Shown here: positions 42,375 to 58,298 of the stretch, one piece after another
Layout: every line of letters starts with the position of its first letter
Position numbering within the stretch: position 1 is the stretch's first letter
Assembly (NCBI RefSeq): GCF_009914755.1
Contig: NC_060927.1
DNA: 64,000 bases
Reading direction: 5' to 3' (one strand)
Origin: the human T2T-CHM13v2.0 reference genome, Homo sapiens
Notes under the pieces: generated by a model
Told to the model about the DNA's origin: nothing
Databases searched by the model: none
Seen by the model: only the letters and a program-made list of their open reading frames with translations
Program-made: the position numbers and the translations under genes

Positions 42375-42749
42375 TCTATTAGTTTGTTCTCACACTGCTA
42401 AAAAAGACATACCTGAGACAGAGTAATTTATATAGGAAAGAGGTTTAATTGACTGACAGTTCAGCATGGCTGAGGAGGCCTCAGTAAACTTACAATCATG
42501 GTGGAAAGGGAAGCAAACATATCCTTCTTCACATGGCAGCAGCAAGGAGAAGTGCCAAGCAAAAGAGGGGAAAGCTCATCAGATCTTATAAAACATCATA
42601 TCTCACAAGAACTCACTATCATGAGAACACCATGAGGGTAACTGCTCCCATGATTCAATTACCTCCCACCAGGTTTCTCCCACGACACATGGGGATTATG
42701 GGAACAATTCAAGGTAAGATTTGGGTGGGGACACAGCCGAACCATATCA
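42375..42749 (-). mobile_element. THE1 (C/D-like) solo LTR
   Basis: tctattagtttgttctcacactgct...ggggacacagccgaaccatatca; 5-bp TSD TATAC. Confidence 0.93.
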
Positions 42750-43380
42750 TATACTCTAAGTATATTAAAATAATATTTACAATATAATTCTATTATGAAT
42801 TTTTGGAATATAGCTGAGGACTATATTATATCTCCTTTGATATAATGAAGGTAATATATTGTCCTGGTTATATTTTTCAGGATTGTGATCTATCTCTCAC
42901 ATTTTTTTATTGATTAAAAAATTAAAGACAGGAGGAAGGAGCCGTTAAAATCCAATATATATTTTCCTAACCTTCACATATGAAAAGGAATCAGAGATGA
43001 CAACCCTCATATGGCATCAAGAATATTCAGCAATTATTTGAAAATGAAAAACTCTAATTTAGGAAAATAAAATGGCTGGAACAGAGTTGAATGCTGTCTA
43101 AATAATAGTGAAATTGAAACTGGAAAAGATAGAAAAATATAATAGCAGACAGCAGAGTAGAGAAACATTGGGCCCATATCCAAAGCATGGGAAATGTCAC
43201 CTACTAAGACAGTCAGATTATATATCAGAAAATGTGCAAAGCTTTGGGTATTTCAGATAAATGTCTCGGGATTAGGCTTCCATGACAAGTTACAGTGCAA
43301 TGAACCTGGGAGTGTGGATAAGAAAATTGCCATTTTTCCTTTTTACAAAAATACGGACTTGTCATCGATTTTAAGTTTTT

Positions 43381-43459
43381 GCCACTGGGATTTTTAAAAC
43401 ATAATAAATGCCACTGGGATTTTTAAAACATAATAAATGCCACTGGGATTTTTAAAACA
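43381..43459. repeat. 29-bp minisatellite, 2.7 perfect copies
   Basis: Unit GCCACTGGGATTTTTAAAACATAATAAAT. Confidence 0.95.
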
Positions 43460-43839
43460 AAGCTTAGTAACTAACTATACAGGGATTAAAATTAATAGGA
43501 TTACATAGTTTTTTAACAAATAAGAATTGTGGGTTACAGCTGTATAGTACCCCTTCAACATAGTTGTATTGGTAGAAGCCATATACATTCCAGCCATTGT
43601 GCTAGGGCTCAAAATACTCTGAAAATATCTTCTAAGTTTGTAACCTTTTTTTTTGAATACCTTGAGTGGTGACAAACTTCCTTTTGAAGGTGTGTTTGAT
43701 CTTTTAAAACAACTATATAAATACACTTAATAGTTTAAAACAAGTATATACAAAATAACTTTTTTAATATTGAGTCCTCACCATTACTTCTTCATTCCCT
43801 TTCTTATCTTTACCTTCCCTCATTCAAATAGTGAACTAA

Positions 43840-43975
43840 ATATTCTCAAACCTGGCTGCACTACAGGGCTTTTAAAAAATACTCTTGCTTACAGTGTACC
43901 TCTGGGGTAGGGCCCACACTGTGGTATACTTCAGAAACTCCCTCAGATATTTATTTTGTGCAGCCAGTGTTGAAA
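43840..43975. mobile_element. MER5A1-like MITE
   Basis: 'ttctcaaacctggctgca...ctggggtagggccc...gtgcagccagtgttgaaaa'. Confidence 0.6.
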
Positions 43976-45550
43976 AAAAAACTGAGATAGACAGTTTTTT
44001 ACTTATTGCCTTAAGGAGGTTATATGGTAGGACAGAATAAAGAAAAATCTTGAGTCTCTGCCTGTCTTTGTGCTTAGAAAGTCTATAACCTTGAGGGAAA
44101 GTTTGAAGGTTTAAAGAGGTTCTGTTGCCACTGAATTGGGAAAAGACAGGAGAAAGATGAAGGGATATCAGGAAGAGAGAGCTAGGACAAAAGAACACAG
44201 GGGAGATATCTTAGAGCCAAAGGAAAATGTAAGGAGTATTGATCCAGCATTAGGGAGCCGGATCACTACCTAATGGTCACTTAACTCAGCCTCAGTAGAG
44301 GATCCCAGCTCCACATAAGTGAATGCAGTTCATTGCCCCCACCAGGGATTATAGTAGCTGTTTTGTCTTAGTATGTCCACTGACAGCTCTCCTTTTGTGG
44401 CTCACCACACTTCTCCTGGATGCTACCAGCTAGGATGTGGCCAGATATACCTTGAAAGTTTGGATCTACTTGTAAACCCAAGAGAATTGAATTTATTCAT
44501 CTTTTCCTTCAGAATTACTTAGGTCAAACCTTCAAAAGGAGGCAATGGGAAAAAAAAATTGCAATTTGGGGGACATATTATGAAGATTTTTGTTTGTTTC
44601 TTTCTTTAAACCATATAGCCAGTAAAATGCTTTATATTTATTCAGTGTTTATATTACAATAGATTACCTAGAATCATCCTTAGTAGCACAACAGAACAAA
44701 CCCTGAACCAATTTTTTGGCCTATGAAATCTCTGCCATTTGGGAACTGAGTTTTATGCCGGTTGGCTTCCAAACCAGAGCTTGCAATGTCAGGCAGTACT
44801 TTGGGGAAACAGCTGCATACAGATCACTCTGAAACCCTCATAAAAATATATGGTACCATCACTTTTTTCTTTTTAAAAATGTTTTATGGGATCCCCCATA
44901 GTATCTTTTGCTAGTCTTGCTGTAAAAATAATGTTTATAGTGATTGAATATACTTTCAGTAAATAGCTTCTGTGGCTATCAAATGACTGTTTCTCTTTTG
45001 CATTTAATCACCTGGGAGGAAAGAAATGATAGCAAACAGATTTCACTGTCTTAAACAATATTTGTTAAGAAAAGACTTTTGCCCTGGAGCATCTTACTCA
45101 AAAAGTAATTTCCTGGTCACTGCTTTGGAGCTATTGCCTTATTATTTAAGATTTTCCTGTTTAGCCTGAATCAGCTTTTTTTTTCTTCCTTCTCTGGCCT
45201 CTATCTACCTAGTCCTGAAATGACGTCATACTCTCTTAACATAAAAGTAAGTGAACAACATTCTCAATTTCTATTTGAGGCTAACCAGCCTCAAATATTC
45301 CTGTGCTGGTGATGTCTTGAGTATCTTATTTTATATTAGTAAGAGTCCAGAGACCTTTCAGTAAAATGTAGATTCATGTGAATCTATGTGGATCAACTTC
45401 ACTATGTGAATTTTGAAATAAAACTTATTCTAAGCAGTCTTAGAAATTTGTTACCCAGAATTAAAATGTGATATATCTCTGAAATTAATTTTTAAGTAAA
45501 TTGACACTAAAAGTTAAATAATCCATTTTAGTAGCTTTAATATGTAAAGC

Positions 45551-46416
45551 TGTGATATTTTGATATAATAAGAAATACATATTTGGCTTCTGCCCTGACT
45601 TCTAACCTAGATCTCATAAAACCCTTGTAGATAAGGGTGCTAGGAGAATCTTTTTTTCAATATTTGATCTTTGACCCAGTTCTTAATACAGAACTCCTAA
45701 TACCTTTGTAGTTTCCTGAGTGATAGAAGTATCTGACATAGACTCCTAAATCCCTTGGAACTTGCTGGGTAATAAGAACATCTTTGTTCTAATGAGGCAA
45801 TTATTGTGGCAGGCTCCTGGATAGCTTCAGGATGGGGGCTGGTTGCCAGGGGAACCAACCATGTGATTAGAGGATTGGAACTCTCAGCTCCATGCCCCAT
45901 CCACCGGTAGCTAAAGGTCCAGTTGTTCCTCAATGGCCAGTGATGTAATCAGATCATGCCTTTGTAATGAAGCTTCATACCCCTTCCCTTCCAGACCTCC
46001 ACCTATATATCTTTTCATCTGGCTTCTGTATGTTTCCTTTCTAATATCCTTTATAATAAATGGGTAAGTGTAAGTAAAGTGTTTCTCTAAGTTCTGTGAG
46101 CTGCTCTAGCAAATTAATTGAACTTAAGGAGGGGACTGTAGGAACACTGATTTCTAGCCAGTTGGTCAGAAACCCAAGTTACAACCTGGGGGCTTGCAAC
46201 TGGCATCTGATGTGATTGCAGTCTTGTGGAACTGAGCCCTCAACCTGTGGAATCTGATGCTATCTCTCAGTAGATAGTGTCAGAATCGAGTTAAATTATA
46301 GGACAATGTATTGGTGTCCACTGAACTGTTTGACATACATCTGTGGTCAGAAGTGTTACATTGTGAGGTGTATGAGAACAGAAAAAAAAAACACTAGTTT
46401 TTATCTATCTCTTACA
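45551..46416 (+). mobile_element. MER21 (B/C-like) solo LTR
   Basis: tgtgatattttgatataataagaaatac...ctcttaca; internal 'ggggctggttgccaggggaaccaaccatgtgattagagg'. Confidence 0.88.
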
Positions 46417-47802
46417 AAGGTTTAATTAAGATTTCATATCTTTTTATAAGTTCCAGTAATAAGTTCCAGTGACAATAATGTAACTGCAACAAGAATTTTG
46501 TTATTTTATGCAAAGTTGATTAAATACTATCAATCATTCAATGGCAAAAATTGAATTATAAGAAAATATTTCTAAGAAGAACTCAAGCATAGCAAAGTGA
46601 AATATAAAATAAATTATAATTTCCTGAGAACTAACTTGGCATTGTAAAGAATGCTGTTAATATATAAGAATATTTAAATGAAAAGAGAATATCACTAATA
46701 AATTTAATCTCTGTAATTCTAATCTTTTGATTATTTGGTTGTTTCTACTACTTTTTTGTACCAGATGTTCTGTAAATACATTCTCAGGATAAGTTAAAAT
46801 TCTACCAGGAAAAAGAAAATCATAAGAAAATTATTTTATTTATTTTTTAGAAATATTTGTGTACAGCAGGATAATTTCACAGACTAATTTATTCTGATCC
46901 TGGCTCCTCCTAACTGTTATTCAGCTATAAAAACTAGGTCCTCATTTTGACTAAAGTTTGTCAAATATTAATAGTAGAAACAATAATGACAATCAATCGA
47001 TTCACCATGAGAACATTTATTACTTTTAAGAATACGTGTAACAATACACCAATATACAGTATTACATGTAATCAGAGTTGAATCCAGGGTAATTGTGACC
47101 TCTGAAAATGGAATTATCTTACCCAGCACCTCATTCTTTTTGCCTTTGCTGCAACATTTAAGTTTTGACATTCTGTCTTAAGAGAATAGCAAAGAGCTGG
47201 CACTCTGTAGTGGCGACCCTAGCAGCTCTTACCAGTTGTATGGCTTCTGCAGATGAACAAGGCTATACTCAATAGAGTCCCTTGTCACATTTCATTCGTA
47301 TGGTATATTTGCTCCTCTAATCTCTAGCTAGCAAGGAAAGGTATTAAGGCCATCAGTGCACCAGTCTCCAGGGAGTAAGGAAAGCCAAAGATTAGCAACT
47401 GCCATTTAAAATATTGATTGGGTCACAAATGGACCTGGAAAGCAAGGAGTTAGAAGTAACAGGAACCAGAGAGGTTAGAGAAAATAGATCTCTATTTTAA
47501 TATATTCTGATAACATAAAGAAGAGGGCCTGAGAACCAAATTCATTTTTCAAATTCATTATAGCTTTCTTTTTCTTTTTCTTTTTTTACATCATAGTATT
47601 TTATAATGACAAGTGTGTGTGTTTATTTGTGTGTGTGTGCGTTTGTGTGTATGTTGTGTTTAAAATACAGGTGCTTGACAGATTATTATGCTGATCAAAT
47701 ATGACCACTATTTTAAAAAGATATTAGTCAAGTTACTGGCATATATTTTAATACAAACTGAAACTCAGACTTTAGGAGCCTGCTGTGTTTATACAGCACA
47801 AT

Positions 47803-47990
47803 TGTATTAGTCCATTTTCATGCAGATGATAAAGACACACCCGAGACTAGGAAGAAAAAGATGCTTAATTGGACTTACAGTTCCACGTGGCTAGAAAGGT
47901 CTCAGAATCATGGCAGCAGGCAAAGGCACTTCTTACATGGCAGCAGCAAGAGAGAAATGAGGAAGAAGCAAAAACAGACACCCCTGATAA
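47803..47990 (-). mobile_element. Partial THE1A LTR copy (product of a local duplication)
   Basis: About 188 bp homologous to 48025-48211 and preceded by the same 34-bp flank. Confidence 0.9.
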
Positions 47991-48024
47991 ACTTTAAGTG
48001 CCTGCTATGTTTATACAACATAAT

Positions 48025-50571
<2,547 letters not shown>

Positions 50572-51439
50572 ACAATCAACATTGTCATACTTAGTTACAA
50601 AATAATTCTTTGGAAGGGCAACACAATGCCAATTATCAATCTGTTTCCAAGTCGATGTTTCAGTGTCCAAAGTATACTTTAGGGAAGAGTGAGTTTTGTC
50701 ATAGGAATGTGCTTTCAAACTGTACTCAAGAATAATGACTGTGTTATGGTTTTTTACCCTTCAAGATTAAACAATATCTACTAAAAATAGAGGAATGAAT
50801 ACAGGCTAGTTGTTAAAAGAATATACAGCTCAGGGTTCAAAGCAGTCCGGAGTTGACAAATTGACATTTTAATATCACCAATACGGATAGTAGCAAGTAT
50901 GCTATGAAACACACAAATGAGCTATATTTTCCATTCCAACACTAACACATAACTTCTTACATAAGTTGTATCCTCCAAGCCAATCAAATAATGATATATA
51001 GCCAGTAAAGACTTCCCACTAAGATCAGTACTCATGAAACGCAAATATTTTTCTTTAGTTAAAAAAAGAGAACATAGCTACCAAAGCAAACTCCAATTTT
51101 GTTATACTGTTGCATACACTAATACTCAGCTAAGCGTAACTGGCTTCTGTAAACTTGCATTTTTCTTTAATCTACTATGTTCGGGAAGGATCAGCAACAA
51201 TCATGTATCAAATTATCATCAATAAGTGTTGCTAGAAAGTCCACTGGCTATGCAAACAGCAGCACTGGTTGATGATAATTTGGAAATACCACTGTTAGTG
51301 ATCTTTGCAAACACAGAAGATGGTTCTGAGGTGGATACAGATTGGGGTTTAAGTTCCTACAGGAAATGGCATTTCTTAGTTAGAGATCAGATAATAAAGG
51401 TTATTCTAGCCACTTTAAGTTTAGCAGATATGTTATAAA

Positions 51440-51630
51440 AGATTACTTAAATGTGTGAAGTTTCAGATGTATTATTGTTATATTTTAACCTCACAAAACT
51501 CTGTAAGGAAAGCAAGGCACCCAATGCACAGGTGAACAAATTGAGTCTCAGAGGCATTTGGTGATTTGCTTAAGGTCCCCAGATTTTTCAGTGTTGTAGG
51601 TCATTTGAACCCAGGTCATAATGCAACAAA
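51440..51630 (-). mobile_element. MIR relic
   Basis: 'cacaggtgaacaaattgagtctcagagg...gatttgcttaaggtccc...atttgaacccaggtc'. Confidence 0.7.
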
Positions 51631-51660
51631 CTTGCAAAAATGTAACATGATGACAGTCAT

Positions 51661-51665
<5 letters not shown>

Positions 51666-51711
<46 letters not shown>
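51666..51711. repeat. (TG)23 microsatellite
   Basis: Read directly. Confidence 0.98.
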
Positions 51712-51713
<2 letters not shown>

Positions 51714-52961
51714 TGAGAATAATAGAGGGAATAATAGCAAGAAAAACAAAACAAAACAAAACAAAAAAACTCTGGTTATTTTCTCTGAGCCCCTGTTTAC
51801 TCCTTCTTATAAATAGTGGAAAAACTTACTGGCTCAGTGAGTTTGAGATAAAGGGCACTCCTCATGTCTGGCCAAGAATGTTGACTGTTGCTTCTCTCTG
51901 GAATTCACCTGCCTGTAAGGAATGCCCTCTTCTTCCTATTCTTGTCCTGTCTGCTCAAACGACAGTAGAGCATGTTATTTTTCAACTCTTTCTGTCTGTA
52001 TCCCAACTCAAATAATCTTGAACGATGAGGTCCTCCACACAACTGGTTAGATAAATATCTGTTTTGTCCCCATCTCTCCATGGGCAAGTCTTATGCCTTA
52101 AATTTTAAGGGAGAACTAGTAAGAAGTAATATGCTAACTTCAAACAAGAACTTCATTCTGCAATCCCATTTTTCTGCCAATAAAGGTAATATTTTGTCAT
52201 ACGTATATAGTCTCACAGTCTTTAACATGACTCTAGGAAGCCACTACCTATTAATTAGAATTGTCACTTCAGTTGAAATCTATTTGTCAATTCTTCTCTA
52301 GGTCTTACTTTTCCTTTGAGGACCATCTTATTTTTACCTGTTTTAATCAGACTTTCCACAAATTACTTCAGTTTATTTTAACTTCTCACTACTAAATTCT
52401 GGTGACCTTCATCAGCTCTACCACCTGTTTAGTACTTAGTACATGCTAGCTCATAATGGGAGCTATATTTTCCAATATATCTTTTCATTTCCTAGATAAA
52501 TCCTAAGCCCATTCAGGGGAAGTCTGACCTTCTTGCTCTCTATAGCAATTTCTTTATGGCTTCAGAGACTGACATTCCAAGCTCAATTACTACTCCCTAA
52601 TATTAATGATAAGATTCTTAAAAAATTAACGTGACAGATAATGTGAATATGTTAATTATGTGTTGAATCATGCTTAATCCATTTATACACACATACATAC
52701 ACATTATATTTATATACTAATATACACTCTAATTTACTACATACTTTGGTAAGGTCATTCTACTTCAAGTTGATTTCCTTTCCTCTCATTAACATGAAAA
52801 TATTAATGCTTCACATTTTCCAGATTTCATGAGAATAGTACAGAGCTTAGGGGATTTTCAGAAATATTTTGTGTTCTTCAAAAGGAGGCTGTTTAAATAA
52901 TCACAAATCTTTGTCATTCATTAAAATATTAAGAGGCTAATACTACCTAGGAAGGACTAAT

Positions 52962-53052
52962 ATGTAAGCTAATTGGTCAATGAATTTAACATGTGAGCTA
53001 ATTGGTCAATGAATTTAACATGTGAGCTAATTGGTCAATGAATTTAATATGT
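52962..53052. repeat. 29-bp minisatellite, 3.1 copies
   Basis: Unit ATGTGAGCTAATTGGTCAATGAATTTAAC, 2 mismatches in total. Confidence 0.95.
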
Positions 53053-53999
53053 CTTAGAAATCTAAAAATTTAGCCAACATAAGGCATATCATTGCAATAA
53101 CTTCTTCCTCAGTGGTTGTTTTTGCAAATAGGCCTATTAAATTTATTTGAACTCTTTAAGAGAGTTTCTATGGAATAGAGAATTTATTCTTTAATTTGCA
53201 TTAGAACAGGATAAAAGAAATTTGTGCCATAAAGGCATAATGGGGTGCATTTTTACATGTTGACAGAATGAGCTTCTACATCTAGAATCTAGACAGAATT
53301 TAATATGCAAAGTCCACAGCAAATAGAAGAAACAAAAATAGTTATCGCCACCCTTGTTATATTTAACTTGCATATTTACTGATGACATAAATTCTTCTAG
53401 TGCAAACATTGAAGAAATTCTGTCCAAAGTTAACTTTATACCTGAAAAGCCAACAGAGTAAACTCCCATAATTTTTTTAATCAAAAAATTAGCAAATTTT
53501 TAATGTAATATCAGAAAGGGGAAAAAAACTCAAAATTTTAAAGCACTGCTGAAAAAGTTACAGAAGTTTCCCCCTAGGTCCATGTAACCTAATTGTTTTT
53601 GGAGCATGACCATACAGATGCATAGAAAAATACTGGCAAAATCAAGAGAACCTCAATAAACCCACAAATTTCATTAGAGAAGTTGGGGTAAAGGAAATAT
53701 CTTTTGTTATATCAAGGACATTTTTTGGTGAGATCTAAGTCACTTACTTATTCATAGATTCATGATCTGCTTATATCTAGGTCTAATATTCACCTGCCTC
53801 TGAGGTGTTACCTTCTGCCTCTTTGCTTTCATTTTAGCAGCTTTTAAATCAGTTCCTCCCCGCTAATTGTCCAAACCAGTCCTCACCCCTCTGAACACAA
53901 ACAAAAGTGTGCTAATTTTACTCAAAGTCATTCTGTTGTTAAAATGTTCTCAGCCTGTTTTCCCTCCATGTCTTCCCTCCCTTTCAATGCAATTACCTT

Positions 54000-54545
54000 T
54001 TTTAGCTACAATTAGCTTCCAGGGAGCACCTACTATGTGGCAAGCATTCTGAGTACTTTACACAGACTCATATCCTCACATGCACATATGTAAGTATATT
54101 ACATACACATGCACATACTCTCATAAACATATATTCATAATCACATTCACAATTATAATCACATACTTCAACTCAATCACATACTCATAAACATGGGCAG
54201 GAAAACATATACGTGCTCAAATATATATGTATTCACATGATCACATACACAATAATATGTACATACACAATCACACACATATGTACAATCACACGTACAT
54301 ACAAAATCACACACCTATGTGAAATCATTTACTTATACATAGTCACATACACAATCATATACAATACACATTACATCCTCCTAAAAATCCTATAAGTTTG
54401 GGTCCCATTATTATCATGTTCATTTTTCAAATGAGGAAATGAGGTACAAAAGTTGTATGAAATTATTCTGCTTGTAAGTGATAAAGCCTATATTTGAAAT
54501 GTGGGGAATCTGACTCCAGAGTCCATGTTCTTAATCAAAATGTTA
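54000..54545 (-). mobile_element. MIR split by an approximately 310-bp degenerate CA/AT-rich simple repeat (54060-54375)
   Basis: 'gagcacctactatgtggcaagcattctg' ... 'catttttcaaatgaggaaatgagg...tctgactccagagtccatgttctta'. Confidence 0.75.
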
Positions 54546-55164
54546 TACGTTTCGGCACCAAAACATTTTCTTTGGTTTTTAATACTAGTAACTGTTTTCC
54601 CTGTCCACTACTCTGTGTTTAGCCTATAACAATTCATTGTCTGCATTATCTTTTTAACCGTGTTGTTTCGTTCCAAGTTATGACCTTCTAGATGGCTCCA
54701 GGGGTCTAAATATAATTCCCTTTATAAATTTTCCTGCATTTGTAAAGAAAGTGTATTTTCTCCACTACTACAAATTCATATAAATTAATCTGAAGGTTAA
54801 ATATTTTTTAAATTAATATTTTACAAATTTCTAAATATTAAATGATAACTATGTGTTCACATGTTTTTGTGGTTTTCATTATATTCTAGCTTCATCTTTT
54901 TCCTTTTCTCATTTCATTCTATCATCTGTGGTATTCTCCCTCACTTTTTGCATCTCCACTTCTCATAGTCTCTCTTATTCCTTTTACTCAAGCATAGGAA
55001 CATAGAACAAATAATATTGTCTCAGAGGGATCATGTCCACCCTGAATGTTTGGATTCTGTGTCTGGTCTGATTGATCAACACTGACAAGAAAAGCCAGAC
55101 CAACCAGTTCCTGGAATATGTGGCCTAGTTAGACCAAAAATGTTTAACATGCATCTTTAAAAAT

Positions 55165-55330
55165 TTTTATTATTTTTTAATTTTATTTTTTGATTTACAT
55201 ATAATTGTACCTATTCATGGGATACAGAGAGATGCTTTGATACATATAATATATAGTGATCAGATTAAGGGTAATTAGTATATTCAGCACTAAAACACTT
55301 ATCATTCCTTTGTGTTGGGAATTTTAAAAG
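55165..55330 (-). mobile_element. L1MA 3' end
   Basis: 'taattgtacctattcatgggatac...gtgatcagattaagggtaattagtatattc...tcattcctttgtgttggga'. Confidence 0.85.
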
Positions 55331-56698
55331 ATCCTGCTTATTAATAACTTGCTAATTTACTTGTTTGTCTTAATTTTACGTATGTGTAAATTTACCTAAT
55401 GTTAGAGTATTAGATAGGCAATGCTTTAGAATATATTTCCTAGCAATAAGAACTTAAATTATATCAATTTTTAAAAGTCTGTTTATTGGGGAAGGAAACT
55501 ATGTATTTCATGAAAGCAAGAAGCTATCAGATAAACAATTGGTAAACTCAGAGAAATATGAAAAAGCACAAGTCCGTGGCCAGTTTCAACTATTCCTCAG
55601 AAATGTACATTCCTGTAAAAATAGACCATATGCTCAAGTAATATTATTCACTTCATCCTCCAGTCCTCCTCTCAAAACCCTATTTTATAGACCAAGAAAT
55701 CAATGTACTGAAGATTATATATACCAAGTTAATTTTTAAAAAGTCATCTATCTCAAATATTCATGTCATTATAGATAAATTTTTTCCATGCTACTTACAA
55801 AGAGAATCTTGCCTTAAAATAATTACTTAGATCCACTTTCTCTAAGAAAAATAAAAATCCACATATATTTAATTTTAAAAATATATAAATATAAAATTAA
55901 TATGATATTCTAACTACTAAAGCTGCAAATATAGATGCCCTGGTACTTATAGAAGCATCAGCAAAGCCCCACGATAAATCTTAACATAAATTACTAATTA
56001 ATGATATTTACCTACAACAAATGTACTATACAAAGGACACACTACACTGAAAAATTTCAACTGCTGCATTTATTGATATGCTTTTTCTTACAGAAAATAC
56101 ATTCATAAAACTCCAGAAATATAAGATTTTTTCAAATTATATTACCACAAGTAAATTTACAACTTTTCATAGAGATACTTCTCTCTAGCAATATAGCAGT
56201 AATCTTTAGGGCAAAAATGTCAGCAATGTGTTGTTTAAAGAAAATAACGGTCTAGTTTAGGAACTTCTTGTGTCATGGGAAACACTCAGGTTTCTAAGAT
56301 GGAAATTCTGATGTATTCATGTGCAAATGATACTCTTTACTACTTATTCCACAGTGGTGCTTTGGGTTCTTTTCCTTGACCCACTTCCCTCAACTATTGG
56401 TTAGAAAATATTTTCTTGGCAAGCATCTGCCTACTTTGGGAAATTTCATTTCCTCTGTAGTTGAAGTCATACATGCAAAGATCCTTCATAAAGGAAAAAC
56501 CACTCTCAGGGTTTTGTACATATTAACACATAAATGTTGGTGTCACTGAGCAACAAAACAGTGGTTAACTCTGTGATATACTAACTGGTGTTTTGATACT
56601 ATTTCTAAAAAATCTAATATTGTTTGAAATCTGTGCTTATTACCCACATGCATTTACCAAAGAATTAAAGTCGTATATATTAATTATTTTTTTCCAAG

Positions 56699-58298
56699 TA
56701 TAAACCAAAAGTAAAATCCCAAGCCCCTCAACTGACTAAACAGACCACCTCTTGGCCAAGGCCAAGACCCTAGAGAAACCTGAAAAACTGAATTCCTGGC
56801 CATGATGGGAAGAGAGGTCAGAGGCGTCTCCTTATATCCCATTCCTTTTGGAGTATGGGCACAACTAACTAGCATTAAGATTAAAATAGAAATCTATTTT
56901 AATATTTGTGGCAATAAGACACCAAATCTCTTTGTGGCAATAAGACACCAAGTTTTCAACAAAACCTAAGACCATGCAAGCAAAGATTAAGTCACACCCT
57001 ACAAAGAATAAAATGGAAATTTTCTTTTAATAACTCTGTATAAGGTGGCTTGCTTTTTGGATTTGCTCTAGTATAGCATCACATGACAGCAGAGCCTGAA
57101 GGAAATCAAAATATCCTACCCCCAAATATATTTATTTGACATATTTTGAAATGGTTCTGCGAAGCCATCTTTTGTGAGGGAAATTTGCATCTGTGGAGAA
57201 TCTCCATTAATGCAGCCATGCCTTCCCTTTCTAGGCCTTTCTTGGATCTAGGAGAGATCAGAATCTCTCCTCTCAGAATCTCTAGCTGAGATTCTGACAT
57301 ATTTAAGGTCTGAAAAGAGACATTCACCATTTATTCTCTCTGAGGGCTGCTACCAGGAGACTTCATCTACATAACAAGGGCCTTGTTGGGCCCCCCACCC
57401 CTCAGTCTCTTTATTTTCATTCAAGCGTTCCTTTCTATTGACTTCAAGTCTTTATACAATAGCTTAACCCTCTCAACAAATTGTCAACTAAAGAATGTCT
57501 TATAAGGGCATTCTTCGAGATGACCCACCTTTTCTGGCTGAACCAACTTATACTTTCCATGTATTGATTTATGTCCTTGTTTGTAACTCTTGTTGTTACA
57601 GGAAAGGGGTCCCTATCCAGACCCCAAAAGAGGGTTCTTGGATTTTGTGCAAGAAAGAATTCAAGGTGAGCCGAAAAGGAAAAGCAAGTTTATTAGGAAA
57701 GTAAAGGAATAAAAGAATGGCTACTCCATAGACAAAGCAGCCCTGAGTGCTGCTGTTTGCCCATTTTTATGCTTATTTCTTGATTATATGCTAAACAAGG
57801 GGTGGATTATTCATGCCTCCCCTTTTAGACCATATAGGGCAACTTCCTGATGTTGCCATGGCATTTGTAAACTGTCGTGGCGCTGGTGGGAGTGTAGCAG
57901 TGAGGATGACCTGAGGTCACTCTCATGGCCATCTTGGTTTTGGTGAGTTTTGGTCTGTTTCTTTATAGCAACTTGTTTTATCAGCAAGGTCTTTATGATT
58001 TGTATGTTGTGCCAACCTGCAATCTCATCCTGTGACTTAGAATGCCTAACCATCTGGGAATGCAGCCCGGTAGCTTTTAGGCTTATTTTACCCAGCTCCT
58101 ATTCAAGGTGGCGTTGCAATGGCTTAGACACCTCTGACACTGTCATGCTAAAATGTATAAAACCAAACTATATCCTGATTGTCTGAGGACCCCTTATTCA
58201 AGGCTTCTTGGGTTTGTGTTTTCTCTGGGATGCAGTAATTCATATTGGCTCAGAAAAATCTCTTTACAATGTTTTACAGAGTTTCTTTTCCATTAACA
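56699..58298 (+). mobile_element. MER4-family (MER4D-like) ERV1 solo LTR, split by MER41
   Basis: t(a)taaaccaaaagtaaaatcccaagcccc...ttccattaaca; 4-bp TSD CAAG/CGAG. Confidence 0.85.
57594..58139 (-). mobile_element. MER41A solo LTR nested in MER4
   Basis: tgttacaggaaaggggtcc...cctctgaca, 546 bp; A-type junction 'ggattattcatgcctcccctttt'; TSD (t/c)tgt. Confidence 0.9.

Noticed and set aside
51566-52015. 149-aa Cys-rich ORF
   Set aside because: The CVCVCV run is the (TG)23 microsatellite, the start codon is non-ATG, and the ORF overlaps a MIR.
53191-53484. Minus-strand ORF with an acceptor-like site near 53443
   Set aside because: The donor is weak, the protein is unrecognisable and there is no linked exon, so support is insufficient.
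57594-58139. MER41 as an interferon-gamma/STAT1 enhancer
   Set aside because: The junction reads aaaaggggaggcatgaataatcc on the minus strand, the MER41A form. It lacks the tandem GAS (TTCCxGGAA) segment of MER41B.
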